A stretch of 32,265 nt of DNA from contig CALSCP010002371.1 of assembly GCA_943704425.1 (NCBI GenBank), positions 82,736 to 115,000 on the forward strand. Reading direction: 5' to 3'. The stretch comes from Ministeria vibrans ATCC 50519. Lineage: Eukaryota > Protista > Filasterea. Shown one piece after another: positions 9,050 to 20,152 of the stretch. Both the position numbers and the translations under genes were made by a program. How positions within the stretch are numbered: the first letter of the stretch is position 1; each line of letters starts with the position of its first letter. Under the pieces are notes generated by a model, which made no database searches, was not told where the DNA came from, and saw only the letters and a program-made list of their open reading frames with translations.

Positions 9050-11637
9050 ATGGTACACCGGACACCCGTCCAGCACATGCGTGCGTGTCGGTGAGCTGAC
9101 ATGTTCGCGTAGCACGGACGACGACGCGTCAAAACTGCCACGGAAGTCGCGGCTCAGCGCCACCGCGAACGCCTTGCGAAGGCGGCGGCGTACGAGAAGC
9201 TCTCGGCCAAGGTGGTCGCCATGGTACGATGCAGAGGTGGGGGGTTGCGCGTTGGCGCTGCTGACCGTGCTGTCTTGGGGTAGAATGGCGAGCGGGTGGA
9301 CGAGGCGGCGATTGCGCTGACAGAGACACTCTTGCGCGCCAACCCCGAAATGTACACCGCGTGGAACATGCGCCGACGCGCCCTGCTCAAGTTCCGGCTG
9401 GGCGCCGACGATTGCACCAGCGACGAGCGGGAGGCGGTCCTCGAGAAGGAACTGGCGCTTGTCGTTGATGGCTTTGCCAAAAACCCAAAGTCGTACTGGC
9501 TGTGGAACCACGTAAGATCCATGTTCGAGACACAGGCCTGGCTGGCACTCACACGAACTCATTCTCTCCCTCCCTCTCTCTATCTTTCCTTCGTTTGCTT
9601 ATATATGCATAATTCTGTCGCCGTCTCTCTCAACATACACACTCTCTGTTCTCTGTTTGTCCGTCTATTGTCTGTATCACGTTGTTCCTTTGTTCCTCTA
9701 TCATCACTTTGTTTCTATCTATTACTTTGTTTCTTCTTCCTTCTTTCTCTCTCGCTCTTGTTTTTTCTGTATACAGCGGCGCTGGAGTGCTGAACAACTT
9801 CCTGTGCCCAATTGGGGTCGCGAAGTCGAGCTATGCAATCAGTTTCTCCGGTTAGATTCACGCAATTTTCATTGTTGGGACTATCGTCGCTTTGTGTCGG
9901 AGCGCGCCAACGCCTCACCAGGTACGCGTTGATGACGAATCTTTTCGTTATCAATTATTACTCTCACTTTGTTTCCCTGACTTTGCAGAGAGTGAATTTG
10001 AGTTTACCAGCACCAAAATCAACGACAACTTCAGCAACTACTCTGCTTGGCACCAGCGCAGCCGCTTACTTCCAGTGGTGCACCCGAGCACAGTGGACAG
10101 CAAAACTGCGGACCGGGCAGACGAAGCGGCGCTCTGTGCCGAATTTGAACTGGTCCAGAATGCTTTCTTTACCGAGCCCGACGACCAGAGCGCCTGGTTC
10201 TACCACCGGTGGCTGTTGGGACGCGCGCGAGGGTAAGAATAGCGCGCCTGCGCAACCGTAGAACTAGCGAGTGAACTGACATTGTACATCGTTGCATAGG
10301 GGCCTGGTGCTGTTGCAGGCGGAGGGAGAGCGCGCCAGAGACGCAGCGGGGACGGTCGACGTGCGTGTGGTTGTCTCACGTACCGTCCATTCGTTCACGG
10401 CGAGCCTCACGGTGCACTCTGGGGCAGACGAGACACAACGGGTGCAGGTGCTTCCCCAGTGGCACGCCATGGGTCCTCATCGCGAGTCGGTGCTGTGGGA
10501 GTGCACTGTGCCCTGTGATGTGGCTGCTCTCACCGCCATCTGTGTCTCTCTTGACAACTCTCCGTCTCTTACTCTTTCGTTCTCTTCCAGTAGAAATTTA
10601 TAATTATATCTTTTATGAATGGGGATGGGGACTCAACTTTTTGTTCTCGGTTGTATTGTGTAGATGTGGAGGAGACAACACAGTTCGTGTGCTGCACTGA
10701 CACTATTGGACGCGACACAATTGCATTGACGGACGCGACAGTGATTGAGCAGGAACTTGAGAGCTGTCGGCAGTTGGTTGAACTAGAACCTGAAAGCAAA
10801 TGTAAGTGCAAGTGAATGAGACGAGAGCGAGAGTCTGACAGTGACGTACATACATATTTATTATATGTGTATAATTATTATTATAGTCATGACGTATACA
10901 TTAATAATTATTATCATTATTATTATTATAATTATATTTATTTATAAATAGGGCCACTGCTGACACTGGTTCATCTGATGCATGCGCTGGACCCTAGCGC
11001 CCACCGCGCCAATCTGCTTGCGTCTCTGGCGCGCCTTTGCCAGCTCGACCCTTTCCGTGCCAATTACTATCTAGACATGCGCGCGCGTTTCCTCTGCGAG
11101 TTTGCTGCGCGCGAGCGAGAACAATCTCTCAGCGACGTCGGATCGTCTCTCGCGAGTCTTTCTCTCTCGCGTCTCTGCTGTGTCGAACGATTCGCGCTTA
11201 ATGCAAAGGTGAGAGCAACTAACAAATAAGCACATGAATATGGAGTGTGAGCGTCTTATTAATCTCCTGTAGACTTTTGACTTGAGCGGAAACCAGCTGC
11301 ACTCAATCGATTCGCTCTGGGCTCTGTCACGTTTAACTGTCCTCTTGCTGGACGACAATCTCTTGGCAGATCTGGACGGATTTGCACAGTTGTCACAACT
11401 CAAAACACTCTCAGTGTGCAGGTCAGAAACACACGCACAAACACACCCAAAAAAATTTCATTGGACTTTCTGATACTTGTTGTGCGAAGGAACCAATTGA
11501 GGTCGGTGACGGGCACAAAGGGAATGGGGCAATTGGAGTCGATTGCACTGACAGGAAATTCGAGGCTGGAAACGGACCATTTGGTGGGGATCCTCCGAGA
11601 ACTCACAGGAAACGCAGAATTGTCTGTAGTTGTATAA
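9050..11637 (+). CDS. RABGGTA: Rab geranylgeranyltransferase alpha subunit with Ig-like insert and C-terminal LRRs
   Basis: ATG|intron 9053-9112|HGRRRVK; PPTA repeats NPEMYTAWNMRR, NPKSYWLWNHRRW, DSRNFHCWDYRR, NFSNYSAWHQR, FFTEPDDQSAWFYHRWLLG; ELEPESKWPLLT, LDPFRANYY; LRRs DLSGNQL, LLLDDNLL. Confidence 0.95.
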
Positions 11638-11761
11638 TAAAATCCAATAATTACCTTTTAAACTACACTTTTACAATAATAAACTTTTACAATTAATAAT
11701 AACAAAAGTATACAATTTAAAATTAATATTAATAATTAATATTAATTTATTATTATATTAT

Positions 11762-13524
11762 TTACTTTTCTCGTCTGCTGACGGAAAGGGGCGCTCCGTC
11801 GATGGCCAGAAGAGTCTGGATGGTCGCTAGGACCGACTTGACCTGTGAAATTTTGTGTTGGAGCACATCGACAATGCAAGAGTCGGACACCATGCAGCAA
11901 CAGTGGGCAGGAGATCTAGAGTCAGTTGCTTGAGGGACGCCAGTTCTACAGTGAGGACGCAGGGGTGCTGGGCCCACTCGCACGCCCAAAGAGACGGGAT
12001 GGGCAGCGGCGGCAAGGATACGAGTGTGGGCTAGGGTGCAATGGCGCAGGTTGGCACAGTGCACAGCACCCGAGGCACGCCGGAGGGCACTGGGAATGGC
12101 GTTCAGAGCACCCGTGACAATGTCACTCAACATCGACTCGCGATGGTCCAGTACTTCGGAGGAGATTCGCTCCGTTGCCCACAGTTCAGCTGCACCTGCA
12201 CCTGGCAAAAGTACTCCCGAGGTGACATGGTGACGCACAAAACAGAGGGCATCGACAATAGCACGGCGATACAGTTGAGCGACGCCCTCGAGAGGCGCAC
12301 TAATGTGAAGTGTGCGAATCGGTGTTCGTTCGAGGGCACAGCTCTCAATCTCCGGCACCAAGTGAACACCGCCTGTGCTGCATGACACGTACCATTCCCT
12401 AAGACGTAGCGGTGCCACATCCCTATAAGCATACTCATGGCCATCAAAAAGATTTAAGTCATTTGTGGCATTGCGCCATGTTGTTGCAATGTGTTGCAAG
12501 CGGACAAAAGCAGCTGGCCTCACATTCTCAATGGCTGGAATGCTTCGTTCGATAAGAGCTGCCTTCAGTTGTCGCTCCAATGGCGTGTTGCTAATGAAAA
12601 TCATATGAGGATACATACGACACAGGTCTTCGACGAGAGACACGGTACGTTGCGATGTGTGCGACAACATCAGAGTCGCACTTGCATCGTCGCTCACGCG
12701 CACCTGTGCCATGCTTAAGGAAGCATAATCTACGACGTCTAATTCATCCTCATGCACGTTGGACCACATCAAGATGGCATGGTATCCCCTGTGACGGCGC
12801 TCGAGCGGCCTTCGCGCAACATGAACGTTTAATATTGTGTCATGAAGTTCCTTGCCAGAACACAACGGCTGAAACACTACGACACCATCTTCCCAGCAAA
12901 CTTGTCTTGTGTGCGACGTCGTCGTTGCTATCACACCACCATCCAAACTGTCCAGAAACGGCTCGCGCATCTCCCCCATAGCAAAAATACCCTCAACAAG
13001 TGTCGTTGCGATGTGATCCACCTCTTGCACTGTGACACGACCGGTGAGAGCACTGCGAATCAACACCTCCATTCGCTCAGTGTCACAATGGTGCGTCATT
13101 TCCAGAGACCTCCAAATATCCTCCAGCCGTTGAACCCAGCGGCCTCTTTCGCAGCGCAATGCCAGCAAGAGTCGAAGCCGTGTCGAGTGCCCTTGGTTTG
13201 CATAGTACACTGCACGCTGCAGCCCCGCCGCGAGCATAATCATTTCGGCGGAGCTGTCGCCACAGCAACGCATCAAAATGCTCGCCACGGCAGCATTGCT
13301 GTGCTCCACCCGCAGCCCATGTTGTACAATATCTTTTCCCCGTGTGGTGGCCAGCAAGACTGGCGAGTCTTCGGATCGGATGAGTTGCGAGGCGCCTACG
13401 GTGTGAAATTGGTCAGCGTGAGTGGATCTCGAATGGTTGTTTCACACATACCACAGGGCCCAAATGAAGGAATGAGTAAATTTGCAAGATCTTGCGCAAG
13501 CCTTGATGCGTCGTCAATGATCAT
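11762..13524 (-). CDS. BBS10: Chaperonin-like Bardet-Biedl protein, BBS10-like (~568 aa)
   Basis: Exons 13524-13452 and 13395-11762; SFGPCG, degenerate GDSSA (for GDGTT), VLLPGAGAAE, ALNAIP and C-terminal KISQVKSVLATIQTLLAID fit a divergent group II chaperonin, BBS10 best by recall (MKKS/BBS12 not excluded). Confidence 0.68.
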
Positions 13525-13627
13525 CTCACAAGAGAGCCGGGCGCGAGCATAAAAAAAAAGAACGTCGAAAAGGAATGATTGAATGGAAATGTCTTCAATA
13601 ACTTATTAACTTTTATTTTTGGCGAAC

Positions 13628-14247
13628 ATGAAGCTCGCCACGTCGTCTCATGTCGATCCTACCAAGGTATATCTGTGGCGGGGAAAGGCAGAGATATTCG
13701 TGTTGCAACTCATGCTGGATTGCTCGACAGGACAAAGATTTGATTTTGGACACAGCACACATCATCAGACTGGCCGCCAGCCTTGTCTTCGGTGTTGTCG
13801 GGGGCCTTTCGGGTCTCTATGGCGTGCCTACACTCGTATTGTAAGCAATCTTCTCAAGAATTCGCAGAATGGTCTTTAAAATGTGGTTCTTCTTCATTAA
13901 TTGTGTCTCTCACACACACACTCACCATTCTTCCCTCGCCTTAGATTTGGCGTTGCCAGCACGCTGGTAGTGATCCTGTACATGAGGCGCGTGTTGGACA
14001 TTGACGACTTCGACGACTGGGGTGGGCCTAAGGTACGCACAAACACAGAGCAGACAATCGCATCACAACTACACACCGCTCACGCCTCTCTCGTCTTGCC
14101 CCGCCAGGCTGTTCTCAGCGAAGGACTCGCGCCCTCTGTTGCACTCTTTGTCGTACGTTCATTCCGTTTCGTTTGGCATGACTGATTCATCGTTTACACT
14201 TGCAGTTGGTCTGGACCATTGTGTATTCGACGCAATTCAACCAGTGA
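13628..14247 (+). CDS. RAB5IF: RAB5IF/OPTI (C20orf24, Rab5ip/EMC6-like family) small membrane protein
   Basis: Five GT-AG exons: DKDLILDTAHIIRLAASLVFGVVGG...LDIDDFDDWGGPKAVLSEGLAPSVALFVLVWTIVYS, matching the family pattern DKD..LD...R...G+.G...ID...GG....EG...S.ALF++.W.+.Y. Confidence 0.85.
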
Positions 14248-14433
14248 GTGCAATAGTGTGTCCCCCCCCCTCAATGCATCTTGTATAACACCACTCAAAA
14301 TGTATCCCCTCGAATAAAAAGAAGCAGGGCTGATAAACATATGAACAGAGCGATATTAATTACGAGTCGTTTACTATCGCTCTTCCTCTCTACACTTCTC
14401 TCTCCCTCCCCCTTTTTTTTACTTCCTGTCGGT

Positions 14434-17400
14434 TTACAAAAAGGTCAGCAGCTCGGTGCGCTCGTAGGTGTTGGGGCCGTCATCGGGGAGACGGGGATAC
14501 CAGGCGACAAGCGAGTCCTGTGCGCCCATGTACATCGTGTTGTAGACCTTCCAGTAGATGGTGCGCACGCGACGCGCCGGATGGAAGAGGCCCTGCAGCA
14601 GGTAGTAGAGAATGTGGCCGGGCCCCAGGGCAACGCGACAGCCATCAATGGCCTCCATGACGGCATTGATGACGTGTGCACTCGTCTCGAAGATGTTGGG
14701 CCAGACGAGATTTAGAATGTGCGCCAGGGCATCCTCACAGCCAAAGCCGAAAACACCAAGCGCCAAATGCTTGACGGTGGTGCACGCAGTCTGCCGGTGG
14801 ACGGCATCGCGGTCCGTCAGCGCATCCTCGAGCAGCCCCACCACGGCGTAGATGTAGTCCTTGGCCATTTCGCCAATGTATTCAAACATAAACGACATGC
14901 TCTTGAGCACTCCATTCTGCACATTGAGCTCGGGCACGCGGTATTCGTTCATGAGGCCCGGCAGCACCGTAAATGGACTGCACGTCTCGGCCACAATGGC
15001 AATGGCAACCGTTGTGCACACGCGGTTCTGTCGCTCCTGCACCTTGAGGTTGTTAAGCAGCGTCGCGAGCACATCTTGCGGACCAATAGCCTTGGCAATG
15101 TAGCCAAAGGTGTTGACGGCAGCACGACGGATGGCCTTCTTGCGCGCCTTTAGCAACTCAAGCAACTCAAAGCAGATACGCATCCACTCCTTGGAGCTGA
15201 CATACTCAGCTCCGCGGTCGGCAATGCGTCCAATAAGGTCGATGGTCTGCTCCTGGACCTTCTCGTGGCGATTCTTCAGGATGGGTGTGAGGCGCGGCAG
15301 CAGATCCTTGATGGGCGGCGTCATCTTGGACATGCCGACCACATTGACAATGGCCTTGAGTGCCGCGAGAATGCTGCCAAGTACCTCGGGGTACTCCTCG
15401 CCCAGGTACTCGTACAGCACCACCCCAAGATGGTTGAGCAGCTTCTCCTCGCCGCACGTCATCATGACAACCGCAATGCGACTGATGAGATCGGCGGCCT
15501 GCTGGCGCACCGTCGCGCTTTTGTTGTTGAGGCGCCACAGCACACAGCCGCAGATTTGGGGCAGGTAGGGTTTGGAGCGCATGCCGAGCGTGTTCACGAC
15601 GGTGCCAAAGCCATTGAGCATGACATTGTCTTCCATGGTTTGCTCCTGGAAGGCATACAGAATGCCGTCGACAATGCGCTCCTCCAGCTTTGGGTCAATA
15701 TCGGCGGCGCCCAGATTGCCCATGATGCTCTCGATGGTCTCCATGACCATCTTGCGGTAGGGTTCGCTCTCGTCCTTGAGATCCGTCACGACGCGCGTGA
15801 TAATGTCCGAGCTGCCCACCTTGTTTGCCAGCTCGACTGTCGTGTCCACTAACTGCCGATAGTTGCGCTTGTCGAGTGCCATGCGTCGCACCCAAAAGTG
15901 CTTGAAGAAGTCGGGCAAAACCTCGTCACGGATGTACTGTGCCTCGACGCCCTCCGTGCCGCAGCACTGCTTCACCACCTTGAGCACAATCTTCTTCATC
16001 TCCTCGTCGGGCGACTGGAACTCGCGGATGAGGATGATCATCACTTCGCGCGTGTAATAGTTGGCGTACTCGGCGTCCATCAGCGGAATGATGTAGCCAA
16101 TGGCCTTGAGGAAGGCGGCGAGACCCTTGCCACGGTGCAGGCGGATGCCCTTCCACAGGGGCTTGAGCACCGAATCGAACGACTCAATACCGTAGGGAGT
16201 GGATGCCTCGGCAAGCGCGGCCAGGGCCAGTGCCGTGATGGTGCGCACCTTTTGCTGTTCGTCGGCAAGGCCATGTTCGATGATGACAACGAGATTCTTG
16301 AGGTGTGGCAGGACGGCACAACCCATGAGAATGGCAATCTGCTGGACAATTTTGACGCCGGTGTGGCGTGCCTGCCATGACTTCTTGCTGTTGCACACGG
16401 CCTTGAGGAAGGGCAGAAGAGCGGGAATGCCAAGAGCTGAGGCGACCACGGCAAAGGCGCGCGCTGTCGTGTTGCGCACGTACTCGTCCTGATGGTCAAT
16501 ATCGGGGCGCATCGAGCTAATCATGGTCGCCAGGCCCGCCGCCTTGGCCAAGTTGCTAATGATTTCGCGCCCTTCGACGCGCGCATAGTAGTCCTCGTCG
16601 ATGAGCAGCGGCTCAATGACAACAAGGATCTTGTGAGTGTAGGGGCGCACCAGGTCGTCGAGCTTGTACATGATGCGGTCGATGACCTTGACGAGCAGAT
16701 GGCGCTCCTGGTCCTCGAGGTTGGGCGACATGAGCAGCGGTAGAATCTGGTTGAAGAGAGGACCGGCGCCCAGTTCGCGTGCACGGTCCGTCAGCTGGCG
16801 CAGTGCCGACTTGCGCATGGGTGGTGCGCCATTCTTGATCTTGAGCAGCATGCGCATGATTTTGCGCTCCTTGGCCTCCTCGGTCGAGAGAGCGTCGTCG
16901 TCGACGTCGCTCAGCAGCTTGCCAAAGAACTGCTCGTCTTCAGGCTTGATGTAGGGCAGGTCACCGTCCTGGCCGGCCGTGCTGATGCCGTAGTTCTGTT
17001 GTGCGTCCTCCTCCTGCATGAAGAAGCCGCCGTCGCCACCGCCGCTGCCGCCGTGCATGGGTGTGGGAGTGGCCATGAGCTTGCGCGACGGCGTCACCGG
17101 CACATAGTTAGTGGGCTGCTCCACAATGGTGTAGCCTTCGCTGGGGAGGATTGCATTGATCTCGTCGTCCGACATGGGTCGGTTGCGCGCGTCCATTTCG
17201 CGTTCGAGTTTGGCCTGATGAGCCTGCTCGGGTGTCATGGCGGCGGTGGAAGCCATAAAGGCACCCTTGCTTGAGGCAGGTGCCATGAGAATGGGGGTCT
17301 GCATGGACATGGCGGCTGAGCCGACAGGCGTTGCGCCAGCACCACCGTACGCCGGAGCAACCGGCGTCTCGTCCCAGCGCGACCGCTTCTTCGCCGGTGC

Positions 17401-18386
17401 CGACGCACCTGTCGGCGTGGGACCGTCGTCCCAGCGACTGCGACGCGGAGTGGGACCGGCCGTTGCAGATGTGGAGACTGGGGCGGAGTCATCGCCAGCC
17501 TGATCCCAACGGTTGCGGCGCTTGACAGCACCCGACACGGTGGACGAGGTAGCGGCGGAGTCAACAGACGAGACGGACGCCGCCGAGGGCGACGTGCCTC
17601 GTGCCTCGACGCCTTCCTTCTTTTTCTCCTGCGCCTGTTTGTCGCGAATCTTGGCAAGCACGTCGGCCTCCTCGGCGCGCAACTGTTGCTCGAGCATAAC
17701 GTCCTTGTAGGAGCGCGATTCGCCTGTGGTTGAAGTTGCGCTTGATGCGGTGGAAGATGAGGATGGGTGTTGGGGTGTTTGGGCAAAAGGATCGCTTCGT
17801 TCGGGCGAGAGGACGCGCTGGTGTCGGCGAGCGCGGTACTCGTCTTCGCGATCCGAGATCTTCTTGGTGCGATACTCGGCGAAAGGGTCGTCATCGGCAG
17901 CGGCAACGCCAGCGGCAGCGGCAGCCTCTTCGAGGATCTTGGTGGGGGCGGTGATGCCGCGGGGGCGGCGGGCATTCGCCTCCGACAGCACCACCTGCTC
18001 GTCGCCGTCGTCGTCGACGTCCATCGGCGCAATCGACGACACGAAGTCGCTGCCCCCGCGCGTGCTGCCGTACAGGTCCTCGTCGTACCCGACCTTTCCG
18101 ACCAGCGACACCTGCGGCATTGGCGGGTGTGCAGAGCGGAGAGGAGAAAGAGGAAAGAGTGCAAAAAGTGTCAGATTGCTGTTGTCAAGTAAACAGGGAA
18201 GGAGTGAGCGGGGGGTGTTGCAAAGTCAGGTATGGACAGGGAGGTAAAAGAGTGAGTTGATGGTGGGCGACGTGGATCGGAGACGGACCAAACGTCGAAA
18301 CGACTGAAGAAACAGAATTATGGCTTGTTTCTCTTACGACCAAACCGGAAGTTTTACAGAATATGACTCNNNNNNNNNNAAAAAAA

Positions 18387-18417
<31 letters not shown>

Positions 18418-18665
18418 CGAAAGGGAAACGCACAGCAAACGTTTGTTGAGAAAAAAGGGCATTGGGCGAAAGAAAGAGCAGTTCGACGGGGAGGGAGGCT
18501 ATCAAGGATACCTTTGTGGTGGACTCCTCGAGGTTTGCCTGGCGGCGCGACGCCTGGAGCGCCTTGATCTGCTCGTCGAGTTCTAAGGAGCAGACGGACA
18601 GGACGTGAGAGACTGCGGAACGGGCCAGGGCGTGTGCGTGTACCTTCTCGTGAGCGGGCAGCCAT
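14434..18665 (-). CDS. SF3B1: Splicing factor 3B subunit 1
   Basis: Exons 18665-18644, 18582-18512, 18111-14434; [17 protein letters not shown] start, RWD/TP (ULM) repeats, highly conserved HEAT repeats ([51 protein letters not shown]). Confidence 0.99.
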
Positions 18666-18813
18666 CACTATATCACAACGGATCAAAACGAGTGAGCTGT
18701 GAAGTGTCAACTGTGTCAAGTCACTCAAGTGAGATCTGGTTTTGAGTTGGATCAAGTTCGGACGAAATAACTTTCACTTCTTTTGTATTCTCAACTCTCA
18801 GCTACCGCTCTTG

Positions 18814-19794
18814 ATGGACTCGGAGTCGGGAAGCGCATTGATGGAGTCAATGCATATTGATCCGAGCTGCGAAAAGTTCCCAGCGTGCATTGTGTGGACG
18901 CCACTGCCACTGCTGAGGTGAAGGTGTACAAAGGCCGAAAGAGCGCTCACGACTCACTCTCACTCAGCTGGATCCTTCCATTCATTGGCCACATGGGCAT
19001 TGCGACGACGGCGGGCGTTGTGCGGGACTTTGCAGGACCCTACACTGTCAATGTGCGGTTTGTTCTTGTGTTGTGTTGTCTTGTCTTGAGTTGTGTTGTC
19101 TTGTCTTGAGTTGTGTTGTGTTGTCTTGAGTTGTGTTGTGTTGTGTTGTCTTGAGTTGTGTTTTGTTGTGTTGTCTTGAGTTGTGTTGTGTTGTGTTGTC
19201 TTGAGTTGTGTTGTGTTGTGTTGTCTTGAGTTGTGTTGTGTTGTGTTGTCTTGAGTTGTGTTGTGTTGTCTTGAGTTGTGTTGTGTTGTCTGTGTTGTCT
19301 TGAGTTGTGTTGTGTTGTCTTGAGTTGTGTTGTCTTGTCTTGAGTTGTGTTGTCTCCCACTCTCTAATGGAAGTCGGCGACTCGCTGCCAGTCGGTGTGC
19401 TGTGGCTGGAAGCCAATGGCTGGATGTTCGCCAATGGCTTTAATGGCTTTGTGTGTGTTTGTAGACTGGAGGAATGGCCTTCGGCGCACCAACGCGCTAT
19501 CTACAGTTGGATCCGGACAATGTCCGTGGGGAGTCGTGGGACTCGGCAGTAGCGCGTGCATCACATCAGTACGGCCGAGAGATGCACATTCTATGCTGGA
19601 ACAATTGCCACTCGCATGTTGCACTTGCACTGCGACTCATGCAGTATGACGGCTCTACCAGTCACAATGCTTGGACGCTCGGCTTCAAGGTGTTCTTGCG
19701 TGCGCGCTACGTTGGCGTTGGGGGCTTTCTCAAGACGTGGCTACCCTTTCTTCTCATTCTCGCCATTGTACTGGGGACGTCGGTCTTTGCGTAA
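18814..19794 (+). CDS. TMEM222: TMEM222 / RTE1-like (DUF778) protein
   Basis: Exons 18814-18917, 18968-19052, 19465-19794: [26 protein letters not shown]...RDFAGPY...MAFGAPTRY...HILCWNNCHSHVALAL...GGFLKTWLPF. Confidence 0.93.
19066..19354. repeat. Pentamer-based minisatellite (TTGTG/TTGTC/TTGAG) in TMEM222 intron 2
   Basis: ~290 nt built from three 5-mers in higher-order units (TTGTG)n-TTGTC-TTGAG. Confidence 0.95.
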
Positions 19795-20152
19795 CGAGAG
19801 AACGGACGGGAGTGTGACAGAAGAATGTAATAATAGCAAGTTTATGTTGAACAGGCAACAGACTCGACACACCTCGACACACCCTCGACTCGGATAGATC
19901 ATAAAAATTGACGCAACCTTTGCCACGAGTGAGCCCACGACTGCAACTCACAACATCCATAGGTCATAACCAGCTTGTTGACATAAATAATATTCACAGT
20001 ATTTGATGAAAAGACTTTTTCTCCTAATTATTCAGGAATGAATAATAAAATTAATAATAATAATTATTATTATAATAATAATTAATTTATTTGTTTCTCA
20101 CTTTATAGTTTTTTTATTATTTATTTTCGTACAAGGCTCATCGTATTACACA

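Noticed and set aside
14281-18247. Many long antisense/overlapping ORFs over SF3B1 (and over other GC-rich exons)
   Set aside because: Expected shadow ORFs from GC3-rich codon usage; no recognisable domains.
19040-19434. ORFs with TTQHN/KTRQ repeats; array superficially CRISPR-like
   Set aside because: Translations of an intronic minisatellite; no unique spacers or cas genes; eukaryotic context.
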